Origin: the human T2T-CHM13v2.0 reference genome, Homo sapiens
DNA length: 64,000 bases
Direction: 5' to 3' (one strand)
Assembly: GCF_009914755.1 (NCBI RefSeq)
Contig: NC_060935.1
The notes under the pieces are model-generated. The model saw only the letters and a list, made by a program, of their open reading frames with translations. It made no database searches and had not been told where the DNA came from. The position numbers were made by a program, and so were the translations under genes. Numbering within the stretch: the stretch's first letter is position 1; every line of letters starts with the position of its first letter. This document shows, in pieces, positions 42,675-56,000 of the stretch.

Positions 42675-45326
42675 CACAAAAATAAAATACCTGGAATACA
42701 TCTAACCAAGGAAGTGAAAGAGATCTACAAGAAGAACTACTGCTGAAAGAAACCAGATATGACACAAGTAAATGGAAAAACTATATGCTCATGGATTGGA
42801 AAAATCAATATCATTAAAAGGCCATGCTGCCCAAAGCAATTTATAGATTCATTGCTATTAGTATCAAACTACCAACACCATTTTTTACAAAATTAAAAAA
42901 AAAGAAACTATCCTAAAATTTTTATGGAACTAAAAATGAGCCCAAAATAGCCAAAAGTTTTCCTAAACGAAAAGAACAAAGCTGGAGGCATTACATTACC
43001 TAACTGTACTACAAGGCTACAATAATGAAAACAATGATACTGGTACAAAAACAGACACATAGATCAATGAAACAGAATAGACAACCCAGAAATAAAGCCA
43101 CACACTTACAGCCACCTGATCTTCAACAAACTCTACAATAATAAGCAGTGGGGGAAAGAATTTCCATTCAATAAATGGTGCTAGGATAACTGACTAGCAA
43201 TATGCAGAAAAATGAAACTGGATCCCTACCTATCGTCATATACAAAAATTAACTCATAATATATTGAAGACTTAAATGTGAAACCTCAAACTATAAAAAT
43301 CCTAGAAGAAAATCTAGGAAATACCCTTCTCGATATTGGCCTTGGTAAACAATTTATGACTAAATCTCCAAAAGCAATTGCAACAAAAACAAAAATTGAC
43401 AAGGGGAACCTAATTAAATTAAACAGCTTCTGCACAGCAGGAGAAACTATTCAGGAAGTAAACAACCTACAGAATGAAAGAAAATATTTGCAAACTATGC
43501 ATCCAATAAAGGTCTAATATCCAGAATCTATAAAGAACTTAAACAAATTACGAACAAAAATCAAATAACCCCATTAAAAAGTGAGGAAAGCACATGAACA
43601 GATACTTTTTAAAAGAAGATATACAGGTGGCCAACAAACATATGAAAAAAAATGCTCATCATCACTAATTATCAAGGAAATGCAAATCAAAACCATGTGA
43701 GATGCCATCTCACAGGAGTCAAAGTGACTTTTGTAAAAAAGTCAAAACATACCAGATGTTGACGAGGCTGTGGGGAAAAGGGGACATTTATCCTGTTGAT
43801 GCAAATGTAAATTAGTCCAGCCACTTTGGAGAGCAGTTTGAGATTTTTTCAAAGAACTGATTTGAACTACCAGTTGACCCAGTAATCCCATTACTGGCTT
43901 TATACCCAAAGGGAAATCATCCTAGCAAAAGGACACATGTGCCCATCTGTTTCTGGCAGTGCTATTCACAATAGCAAAAACAAGAAATCAACCCAGATGC
44001 CCAACAACAGTGAATTGGAAAAGAAAATGTGGTATATATTTACCATGGAATACTATGCATACATAAAAAAGGACAAAGTTATGTCTTTTGCAGCAACATG
44101 GATGCAGCTGGAGGCCATTATTCTAAGGGAACTAATATGGAAACAGAAAACCAAATAGTGCATGTTTTCACTTTTAAGTGGAAGCTAAAGATTGGGTACA
44201 CATGGACATAAAGGTGAGAATAATTGACACTGAAAACTACTAGAGCCGGGAGAGAGAGAGACCAGGGCAAGGACTGAATATTACCTATTGGGTCCTATGT
44301 TCAGTATCAGTGAAGCAGGATATTTCCTTGACCACTTTGCAACAGTACTTGCAACAGGCGTGCCTAGTTTACTCAGCACACCACTCTCAACTCCTCATGG
44401 GAGGGAGGCGCTTGAACAAAGGAGGAAGGAACTGGAGTGCACCAGTTGGAAGTGGAACCAGCTGGCTGCTTGAACTCCACTCATTAGGCCTGCTACCTTC
44501 CACCCCTCATTAGAGGGAGCATGCAGGCGAGCGGGTGCAGGAGCCGGGGCGAGTGCTTTTGGGTGCTGGCAGAAGCAAACTCTGTGAGGGCCCCGCAGCA
44601 GCATTTTGGGGGGGGTGGGGGGTGCAAGTGCGCTGAGCGTGTTACAGTGCTTTTTTTTGCTCTACCATACAGTGGCTGAGTGTTAATTTAGTGTTAACAT
44701 GTCAGTGGGGCTGTGGCTGCCCTCAGACAGTGAGGGCAAAGGGCCAGTGTTCAACCTTTTGTATCCGCGCTCCTTGCTCCCAAGCTCTTGTCTGGCATCC
44801 AGGAGAAATGAGGTTGTAGGAACGAATTGAAGGATGGTAAATGTGAAGGATTTTATTGCGGATGAAAATGGCTCTCAGCAGGAAGGGGAGCTGATAAGGG
44901 GACAGGGGGCGGGTAAGTAATCTTCCTCTGAAGCCAAGCCACTGCTCTCTGACATCCAGCAGTAGTCCCCGACATCCAGCTGCTTCTCGTCTCTGCCAGC
45001 TGAATTTGGGGTCTTTATAGGCACAGGATGGGGCAGGGTGGAGCCATGCGTAGTTTAGGAAAAGGCAACATTACAGCAGGAAAACAAGGATGTAAGTTCT
45101 TACTTTGGGCCAAGGTCTCAGGCTTTTTGGCTCGAGGGTGTGGCTTCTCCAGGGACCCGCTCGTGTCTGCCTAGAATTTCTCAGTCTCCTGCCTCTATCA
45201 TTGTATCACCAGGGCGATGGGTTCCGTCATACCCCAAACCTCAGCATCATGCCAATATACCTCCACAATAATCCTCACATGTACCCCTGATTCTAAAGTA
45301 AAAGGTGAAAAAGAAAAACAAATAAA
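42675..45326 (+). mobile_element. 5'-truncated L1PA15/16-like element interrupted by an LTR
   Basis: ORF2 3' half ([23 protein letters not shown]; MSFAATWMQLEAIIL); 3' UTR split at 44310/45209 and ending 'gtacccctgattctaaagtaaaagg' plus A-rich tail. Confidence 0.88.
44311..45208 (-). mobile_element. ERV1 solo LTR of the LTR1/LTR27/LTR28 group, nested in an L1 3' UTR
   Basis: TG...CA ends, 898 bp, GC-rich; minus strand starts tgatacaatgatagaggcaggagac...; minus-strand TATA (cctataaagacccc) and AATAAA; 4-bp near-TSD tcag/ccag; L1 resumes exactly after it. Confidence 0.75.
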
Positions 45327-45823
45327 GGCATAAGTTTTTACCTGTCAGGAATGAATTCATTTAGTCTTAGAAAAAAATGTTCAAGCAACTATTGGAAGTA
45401 CAGTAATAAAAAAAAATGTCAAGGTTATGTATGTGATAAGCTAAAAAAATCACATAAGTGAAAATTATTAAGTAGGGAGTAACAATGTAGGATGCAGAGA
45501 AAGTATTCTGATTTCTTCACTTTTACTATGTTTATATCAAAGGAGATTATAGAAATATGACATTAAATAATTGAGATATATTCATGCCCAAATGCAAAAG
45601 TGTGAAAACAGCTTGACATGGAAATTATTTTATATTAGGTAGAGGTGTGTGAGGAATAAGAAGTACATTAATTAATTATTGTAATATTAGGAGATAGATA
45701 CTGCTGAAAGACATGGAATATTAGATTTAATTTATAAACTTATTTAAACAAAGAATATTAGGAATTCAAATGCAAATCTTCATATATATCAAGAGTAATA
45801 TACACTAAACAATGAAATCAGTC

Positions 45824-46236
45824 TTTCACTAGCGTCCGTGTGAAGAGACCACCAAACAGGCTTTGTGTGAGCAACAAGGCTGTTTATTTCACTTGGGTGC
45901 AGGCGGGCTGAGTCCAAAAAGAGAGTCAGCAAAAGGAGATAGGGGTAGGGCCATTTTATAAGATTTGGGTAGGTAAAGGAAAATTACAGTCAAAGGGGGG
46001 TTGTTCTCTGGCAGGCAGGAGTAGGGGTCACAAGGTGCTCAGTAGGGGAGCTTTTGAGCCAGGATGATCCAGGAGAAGGAATTTCACAGATAATGTCATC
46101 AGTTAAGCCAGGAACAGGCCATTTTCACTTCTTTTGTGGTAGAATGTCATCAGTTAAGGCAAGAACGAGCCGTCTGGATGTGTACGTGCGGGTCACAGGG
46201 GATATGATGACTTAGCTTAGGCTCAGAGGCCTGACA
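45824..46236 (-). mobile_element. HERV-H solo LTR (LTR7 family, LTR7B-like)
   Basis: Minus strand starts tgtcaggcctctgagcctaagctaag; two 'ttaactgatgacatt' repeats; perfect 5-bp TSD cagtc (45819-45823, 46237-46241); 413 bp. Confidence 0.92.
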
Positions 46237-46399
46237 CAGTCTATAAAGTGAAAGTTTTTAAAAACTGTGAGCCTGTAATGTTTGACTCTTGCACAAAACA
46301 CACTAACAAAACCACTTTTAGAAATGAAAAAAGAAACATCTTTTTTATGAGCTTTTCTCCATACACTCAGAGGAATAAAGTAAATTTAAAATAAATATT

Positions 46400-46525
46400 T
46401 CTTTTTAAAAAAATGGAAGTTTTGCTATATTGCCCAGGTTAGACTCAAATTCTTGGGTTCAAGGGATTCCCACACCTCAGCCTCTCAATTAGCTGCGACT
46501 GCAGGTGTACGCCACCACACCTGGC
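46400..46525 (-). mobile_element. FLAM (free left Alu monomer)
   Basis: Single monomer 'gctatattgcccaggttagactcaaattcttgggttcaagggattcccacacctcagcc...ccaccacacctggc'. Confidence 0.75.
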
Positions 46526-47194
46526 TAAAATAAAAATCTTGTAGTTTGAGAAATATTTGGCTTACACGCATATTGCATAACCACTATAGTCTTCTGCTGG
46601 CTACAGTCTCTGTCTAGAATTACCCATGATCCTGCTTGTTCAACCCACCTTTAATGCCAGGCATTAGTGGTTCTTTTTAAATTGCTTCCACCTTTTGTCA
46701 CTGTATAATTCCATTCTATATAGTTTCTGAAATGTTTGCCCACTATGTAAAGATGGCAAATCTAGATTAGTTCAGGCCATATGTTTATTTGATCAGGTAT
46801 AGCCCCAGTTCCAGGATGCTACAATGTGCCAGTTTCTCTTCATTTTCTTCCTGTTTATTTGCAACTTTCGATTTCACTTTATTGATACAACCATTTCCAT
46901 GTAAAAACTAGTTTGTACCGAACTCACAAATCTAGTATTTTAGACCAGTTTTCTTCCCCAAGGACAATTAATATGCAGCCATTAAATAACTCCATAATGA
47001 CATTTTCAAACACAAACAAGTTGTTTACACCTATATCCCCAGGACAATGGGGCTCGCTTAATCTACATTTCACAGTCAAGTGATTTTTTTTTTTTTTAAA
47101 GAACAAAAACAGATTGCTTCAAAGTTTTAATTAGTACCTATCCATCTTATGAAAAAGTGAATATTTTCTTTACAGAAATATTTTGATATAAAAG

Positions 47195-47240
47195 TTAAAA
47201 TGCCTTATAATAATTGATTAAAATGCCTTATAATAATTGC
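47195..47240 (+). repeat. 23-bp tandem duplication
   Basis: ttaaaatgccttataataattga / ttaaaatgccttataataattgc (22 bp identical). Confidence 0.92.
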
Positions 47241-47408
47241 ATGTATATTTGTTGAGAATTCGTTTGCAACATGGTCTGGTGACTCAGATGTAGGAAGTAT
47301 GGTTTAGAAAGACCAGCAGGGTGTAGATCTAGAAGACAGTTGGTAGTGATCAGTCAGGTACTAAGGAAAAATTGAAGATCCATCCAAGGAATTGAAAAGG
47401 AAAAGAAA

Positions 47409-47746
<338 letters not shown>

Positions 47747-50440
47747 CTAGGACTCTAGAGTCAGTGTGCGGACTTAAAGAAGTCTATGAACTTTCTGAGG
47801 AGATCAGCCACATTATGAGTGTAAAATAAATATAGTGGGCATGTAAACGTCAGGTATTAAGAGCATAGAAGACATCAAGCAATGAGGTATAGGTCAACTG
47901 AGTCCATGTAGCCTATGGAAAATAAATAAAACTTTTCATAAAGATCTGGTTTAGGAAATAAATTGAAAATCTTTAATTGAAAGAGTTTTGAGAATGGATA
48001 GAATCTTAATGTCAATAAGTATCTTAAATATTTTTTAGTATAAACTCTTACCAAACTCAGTAATTTTTTGAATTACAGGCAGATATATAAGAATAATTTT
48101 GAATCTGCTACCCTGTAGAGCTGGAAGTAAATATTGGCACTGTTACTTGTTAGCTGTGAAGGCTTGTTTAACCTATTTCCTTACCTACTGAAGATGAAGA
48201 TGATAGCTTCTTGTTTTGCTGGGAGGCTTATAAGAAAAGAAAATGTAATATACTCTACCTCTGTACTTGACCACAATAATGTCACAACCATTGTTATTTC
48301 CATATTGGACATATTTTCAGATTTCTGCTGAAGGGGTGGCCTGGGTAACCATATTGGTAATATGTAATTCCTTCTCTCCCTGCAGCATAAATGAGTGTAC
48401 TATACTGATTTGGCATCTAACTAATGGATAACCCAGTCTTTCTCTTTCACCTTCCCCTCTTCCACCTTCATCTCCATATTTTAACGAAGAGACACAATTG
48501 CCTTTGTTCTGACAAGTGAAATACACCCAAAGCAACACACAAAGCGAAGTCAAAGGTAAGCCAAAATTCTGAGTGAAAGCAATTTACTCTGAATCTGGCG
48601 TTTTGAGAAAAGAAGGAGTGGACAAAAAAAAATCTAACAAAAAGCATAAGAAAACGAAGAACCAACAAAAACGGTCTCTGGCATACAGGGACAGAGCATT
48701 ACTATACTCTAACAGGTTCACTCTAACAGGTGCAATGTCTGATGGCTGAGATTTTCCTAGTTCACCCTCTCACTTTCTGTCATTGACTTCCATCAATTCC
48801 ATATTTTTATGAAACTCAAGTTTATTCCTTTTCTTGAGCTAGCTTGGCTGGCTCCTGTTTTATGCATTTAAAAAATGTGTCATGTAATCAATTCCTTTCC
48901 CCATTTCCTTTCCTAAAACATATTCAGAAGTTTTAGGACCCATGACCCCCCTACCCCACCCAACCACCACCAACCATTAGCTTAAATCTTTATGGTCAAT
49001 ACTCTTTGAGGGATGAATTTAACTCAGGGGTTCTATTATCAAGTTCTGACTTATGTCAAACTGATTTTCTAATTCACTTCAAATCCTGGAATCTCAGCTG
49101 CTCTGGCATTAAGCTAGAGATATGTGTGTACACATACGTGTGAGGGAGAGAAAAGTACAGATATACTCAAAGCAATCTGATTAGCATTGAAAAAATATGT
49201 TCCAAACTGATGAAATAAAAAACCCGAATAAATACCATTGATATTGCCAAATAAATCTAATTTTTAATGATGCTTGCTGTTTTACTGATCTCAGTCCTCC
49301 TCATTAGCACATCTAAAAATATCTTGAAAACTATATGATTACCGTCTTGATGGTAGAACTTTAATAAAAACATCTTGAACTTTGTAAGATTTAAAGGTAA
49401 ATATGAAAATAAAAACAAGAGCACTAGTCAGAAATGAGATTATTAGTCATGAATTTGCAATCCAAATATTTTTCCCATTTATGCAATACCCAGAAGATAG
49501 CACATTTCCTGTCGATTGACTCTGGCCTTAAGTTTTGCTAAACATTAACAACTTAAGGAAAGGAAGAAAGCTAAAATAGCTCCCTTTTAAGGCAAGATAA
49601 GAAGACCTTGCCTGACTTCATGGATTAAGTAGAATTTTCAACTTTTCAAGCCTCAGTTTGTAAAAAAGAATGATGTTTCTTTCTTTCCTTCTTCTGTTTC
49701 TTTCTTTTGCTCCATCTTCTCTTCTTTCCAGGCATTTATTCAACAATGTAATAAGACTTTACATTAAAAATTTAATTGTCTTCCCTTTTCTACTTGGTAC
49801 TAATAGCCATAAACAGCCCTAAGCTAAAAATATTCTTAGAGACCTGATTCTATTAGTGATGCTTTGGCTGTGATTTCCTTGACCAATAACACAAGTCAAT
49901 CTTAAGAGTTCAAAGGTCTTAGTCTTATAAACCTCCTTAAAAGCCATTTATTACTTTTCACCAGAGCATGCACTTAAAAATGAATCAGACAAGGCAATCT
50001 TTTCAAGCTTAAAATAAATTTATTCAGAACAAGAATATATGATCCAAAGGTCAAAGCCAATCTGCCCAAGTTTGATTTTCACCTCCAGGAGTTCATAAAC
50101 CTAGAGCTGTTTACGCTTATGTTTCTGAGGAAATATTTTGATCATGGTTGTAGTATAGACATATTTTCTTTTTAAAGAAAAGTATAGCAGTCTGGCAACA
50201 ACCTTCATTTTTTTCCACTTCATGAAATTTTTTTATTTATAATTTTTTCTTTAAACTTATTTTTTATTAAAACCATGTTCCTCAAGCTACAAGTTGTGAC
50301 CTAATATTCTGTCATTAAATCAATGTATTAAATGGAATACGCATCTAATAAATTAAGAAACAATAGATATATAATAATATGAACAATAAAATAGAGCAGT
50401 TATATTAAACTGTTCATTAAGTATTTGTTAGGACAGTTTG

Positions 50441-50446
<6 letters not shown>

Positions 50447-50480
<34 letters not shown>
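50447..50480 (+). repeat. (TG)n microsatellite
   Basis: About 17 TG units. Confidence 0.95.
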
Positions 50481-50483
<3 letters not shown>

Positions 50484-50519
50484 GGGTTACAATATAAAAC
50501 ATATTCTTTATCATACTTT

Positions 50520-51081
50520 TGTCCCAGTTTGTTTAATAAATTACCCAGACTTAGTGGCTTAAACCAACAGTAATCATTTATTATGTCTTACAATTTATGT
50601 GGTCAGAAATCCAGAAGGAACATAACTTATTTCTGCTCTAGATGCCTGTGGCATCAGCTGAAAGACATGCAGGCTGAAGGCTGCTGTCACTTTCATTCTC
50701 ATCCACTCTCATGTCTGGTTCTTGATGTGTGCATGTCTTGATGATCTCATTTGGGCTGTTTGCCGGAACACCTACAAGTGTCCTCTCCATATGACTGCAG
50801 TTTCCTCACAAGCTGGTGGCTGGGTTCCAAGGGGAATCATTGTAATAGAGTGAGAGACAGAGGCAGCATTGCTTGTGTTGACCTAGCCTTGGCAGTCACA
50901 AAGTCACCCGATGTCATTTCCATCATATTAGTTAAGGCAGTTACAAAGGTCCACTCAGATTTAAGGAGAATAAACATGGACTCCTCCTCTCCATTGAAGA
51001 ATGTCAGTGTCATCCAGTAAAAGGTACTTTGGATCAGAATATATATTTTGTATGGCTATCTTTGTAAAATTTGCTGCCACA
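50520..51081 (-). mobile_element. MLT1F/G-like LTR
   Basis: 'aaattacccagacttagtggcttaaaccaac...gacctagccttggcagtcaca...ctgccaca'. Confidence 0.7.
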
Positions 51082-51744
51082 GTTTCCTACTCAAAAAAGC
51101 TGAAAACTACTTGGTCCTTGGTCATAGTCTTTGGGATATTAGCATTGAATATTTTATAAGACATGAAGAGACTTGTATTAAAGGAACCCCTGCCAAAATT
51201 CATGACCATTAAAATAGAAGAGATAGAAAAAATGTTTACATTTGGAGAGAAGAAAAAGTGTAATGAGTATTATATACTCTTAATTCCTGGGGAATGTATA
51301 TCAGTCAGAATAGACCTGGCGTCTTTGTTCTCTTCTTCCTTTTAGTAGTAGTTTACTTCATATAACTAGGTAATCAAAAAGTTCCAAGTTTTAAATTTAT
51401 TTTATGAAATTTATATTAATTGACTACTTCAAGAATTATTTTAGGCACTGGAATGGTTATTGAGCCAAATAAAGATAGAGAGCTCAAACAGCATATAGCC
51501 TAATCAAGAGAAATACATAATAAATATGCCATTTCATTCCCAAGCTGAAATAGAGGTAAGTACAGAGTATTATGATGATTCCTAGAAAAAGGTGACTGAC
51601 TCTGGCTGATGGATTTGGAAAGGTTTGACAGAAGAGCTGCTTTTTAAATTGCACTGTGATATGTTTCTAATCATAAGCAATTTTTTACTATGGTTATAGG
51701 TTATGTTACCTTAGATCCTTAGAAAATAGTTCTCACAAATGTCA

Positions 51745-52170
<426 letters not shown>

Positions 52171-52442
52171 CCAAAATTGCCAGCATTGTTTTCACTACTA
52201 ATATTGTAGCCATAGACAGGAGGACATTTTGTGCAGATCATGCGAACTAAAAATGTTTAGCAAAAGTTAAGCTAAGGAGGTAGCTCATCAGATATCATCA
52301 TCATTAAAATACAAATGGAATAAGAGCAATAAACAAAGTCAATGACTTTCTATTGCTGTGCTTCATTCTTATTATGGCACTAAGCACAATAAAAATTATG
52401 TTGTCCATTTTATTACTTGTTTGCTCAAGATGTTTTTGTTTC

Positions 52443-52497
52443 TCTATCAGCAATGTTTCCACCAAAAAAAAAAAGCAGAACCAGTAGGATTTAAGGG

Positions 52498-52543
<46 letters not shown>

Positions 52544-52904
52544 ATTGACTAAGAGGATTATGGTCTGGTAGGCAAGTTCAAAATCCTGCTGATAGGCAAG
52601 CCTTGAGGAAAGGCAGGCTGGAACTTGAAATTGTCTAGCAAGACTAAAAGTGTCATCCTCAGGCAGAGTTCTCAATCAGGGAAGCATCACCTCTGCTCTT
52701 AAAGGTCTTCAAACTGATTTAATCACACACACAGATTTTATCAAGCATAATCTCCCTTACTTAAAGTTAACTTACAAAAAGTTGTGTAATAATGAGACCT
52801 TAATCATATCTCCAAAATATATTCACATCAACTCATAGATTATGTTTGATTGAATAACTGAAAACTCTAGCCTAGCCAAGTTGATCCACCAAAAGACCAT
52901 CACA
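52443..52904 (-). mobile_element. MLT2 (ERVL) solo LTR with internal (CA)n
   Basis: 'gcagaaccagtagga', (CA)n at 52507-52540, ends '...gcctagccaagttga...accatcaca'; perfect 5-bp TSD gtttc (52438-52442, 52905-52909). Confidence 0.82.
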
Positions 52905-53649
52905 GTTTCTAATTGCTTATTTTCTCTGTCCTGTATATAACTCAATCCCTACCACCTGTAATGTTCCCTGGAACACAGCAGAAACTCAAAAATATTTGTT
53001 TAACAAATAAAGAAATGTGAGTATCATGCTGTGTGGCATCTAATAAGCCTTGCAAATGATTTTGAAACATAGCCTAAAAGCAAATGCAAACAAAAAAATA
53101 CTTTTAGATTAGATAGGAATTTCATAAAGCATTTTTTTTTGGAAAAATAAAGAATACTATAGTCAGTGTGGAAAATTCATTATTAATAGGAGAGGCCCTC
53201 CACAACAAATCATTAGGAGGATATTATATTCATGCAGGTGAGAGAAAAATGAGATCCCAAACTAAGTAACACAGAGAAAACGGAAATATAGAACATTTTT
53301 GAGAGAATTGTGAAAGATATGGTAAGAATTTGCTTGCCACAGAAAAAGAAATAAAGAACAGAATCTTCAGTAGATAATTGTTGCTTATTATGTAAAGGTC
53401 ATGGAGTGGAATAAACATATTACAGTTTCTTCAAGTAAGACTACAAATGAAATAATTTTCTAGTTTCAGTACCTCAAGAAGGCACTTTTGGATAGAAATA
53501 GAACTGATGTATCACTTTGTGACTCTTACAAGCAAACATTACTTTCAGTGTAAATGTAGGAGTGCAATTAATAGGAAATTTATCAACATACTGTACATGA
53601 TGGAAGTATATTTTTACACATTATGGAGTCCAAAACTTAGCTTTATTAG

Positions 53650-53850
53650 TCACATTGGTTAATGATCTCTGTGTTAAGGTATTATACAACCTTTTAAAAT
53701 ATTGAGATATTATTGCTATTTTCACATTGTTCTGATGTTTTATTAATTGTTGCAGCTGTTTGTTCTAAATAATTTAGTTAATATTTAACTGCACTGATGC
53801 CCTGGGATTGTTAAAGCTAAAGATGCAATTCAAACAATCAGAACAATAAA
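53650..53850. promoter_or_regulatory. Candidate enhancer: HNF1 plus SOX motif cluster
   Basis: TGGTTAATGATCT (53656-53668), GTTAATATTTAAC (53777-53789), five ATTGTT/AACAAT cores (53726, 53746, 53807, 53833, 53842); motif evidence only. Confidence 0.3.
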
Positions 53851-54714
53851 AGCATAATTACTAGAATCAGAAAATGTTGTGATGAGATTTAATAAGTTTT
53901 TAGGATTCCTTTGTATTTTTCCATACTTACTTATTCCCTCATTAGTAACCAGTATGTCAGTTTCTTTAAGAAATGAAATGGAAATATCAACTATGTGAAA
54001 CTGTATTTTGGTGCTAATTAAATATACATAGATATACATCAGGTATGTTAAGTATTCTTGCCCCAATGTTCTTTTCAAATGTCATTAAACTTACTACTCC
54101 AGAAAAATCTGTCAACACCATTATATAGTCTTCTCACATCAAAATTAATATCTAAATAATCTTCATGTTGTATTAATGTTAAATATACATGTTTTGATGT
54201 ATACTATATTTCAGAATGCTATATTTATGCTAAGCTGTCCAAATAAGTTTGGAAATCTTTCGTGTTAAATACAATTTTATAGATTTTGTTATTTTTATTG
54301 TAACACTTCTTATATTTTATAATATACCAATGTACATCCTGAGTTTTCAGAGAAGAAGAAGTAGTATGAAACACTATTAATCTCATTTAGCTAAATTATC
54401 ATCATATATTTTGATATTTTTAAAAGAGCAGGATAAGAAAGTTAAGTATACAGATTTGGTTTGCCGTTTAAGGTGGCTTACTAAACACAAGTATTTATTA
54501 ATCCTCCCTCTGATGTCCTGTTGAAATGATGTAATGCATAAAAAATAATATAGATCAGATATAGGACTAGAAATCTTGAGAAAACACCATCAACAGAAGA
54601 GGAATTTCTTATATTTTGAAAGACATGTTAGGATCAATTTTTTAAAACTTTCCGTAAGAACTAGAAGGCAGACATCTTACGTGGGTGAAAGAGAGGACTG
54701 TCAAACAAAAAGTA

Positions 54715-54950
54715 CATATATATATATATCTCATATACATGTTATATATATGATTTATATAAATATTATATCTTTTATATGAGATCTATATAAATATCAT
54801 ATATATTTTGTATATGATATATATATAAATATGCAATACATATTTTATATAAATATTATATATGACATCGTATATACATATATGTATATATGCACACGTA
54901 TACAAATACATATATAAGTGTGTGTATATATACATACATATAGTATGGAT
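54715..54950. repeat. TA/CATA-rich low-complexity tract
   Basis: ~235 bp alternating AT-rich. Confidence 0.9.
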
Positions 54951-55907
54951 ATATTGGGGTATTCATTCAAGAACTAATTAAAAGGCTACTCATACTCTTA
55001 TTCTCTTATTTCTAAAGCAACTAAAATAAAATAAAATATTTGCCTTCAAGTTAAATCTGCTGTCGGATTTATCAGAGTTCAGTAAGAAAAACAGAAACCA
55101 TTCCATGTATTATATGAATAAAATGGCTTTTATGACTTTTGGAAAAGCTGGAGGGGTAAGAAGTTCATAGAAGCTGCTCTTGAGAGTCAATTACTTGATT
55201 GTGAATATTTCAGCTTGAATGATCAAAGTGAATGGTTCTTACAAAGCTAGCATGAATCCATAGCAATTCTCAAGTATCTCTGAGAAGCTCCCAGATGTAA
55301 GTCTGCAGCATGATATGAGATATTCTCCAAAGCTTGCTAGGAGCTGCTGGGACTCTCTCCTCTACCCATGTGTCTAGCTGTCATCACCTCTGGAAAACAA
55401 TAAAATCTGTTTTATCTCAGCTGCCTCTTCAGTCTTGAGGAAGTTCCTGTCATTGAAAAACTTCAACTGGGGAGCACACAGAAATGAGATTTCTGTGACC
55501 TATTGTTCCAAAGCGTAGAAGGTGGCAGTGCCCTGCCAAATTAGCAATAAGCAACCAAGCAGAGTAATTGTCTAAATTAAGTATGCATATTTGAGGCAAG
55601 AGATTCACAGAGTAGATGCCAAGCATAGCCACATACAAGATAACTGAGAGCCATCCAAGGAACCAAGATAAAACCATAACTGGAATATAAGCAACCATGC
55701 TGGAGGAAAAGCCTGTTTTCACATTTCTCTTCTTCAGCCCAGATCCCTGCACTATCTCTTGTGTCAAGCTCCTCTAATTAGAACCAAAAATCCCATCAAG
55801 GAAGCCAATGATGAACTACTGGACTAAAGAGATATATGCCAGCTATCAATACTGATGATTTATAAACAAAAATGATAAAACATTTTAGGAAAATCAAGAC
55901 TGTGAAA

Positions 55908-56000
55908 GAAGCTCTCCGATCATAAAAAGGAGAAATAAAACCTCTGAGGAAACGAAGCTCTCCGATCATAAAAAGGAGAAATAAAATCTCTTGAGAAAAC
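55908..56000 (+). repeat. 46/47-bp tandem duplication
   Basis: gaagctctccgatcataaaaaggagaaataaaa (33 bp identical) at 55908 and 55954. Confidence 0.93.

Noticed and set aside
48430-48565. Possible plus-strand exon ending at AAG|GTAAGC (~48556)
   Set aside because: Good donor but weak acceptor and no coding signal; not supportable without transcript data
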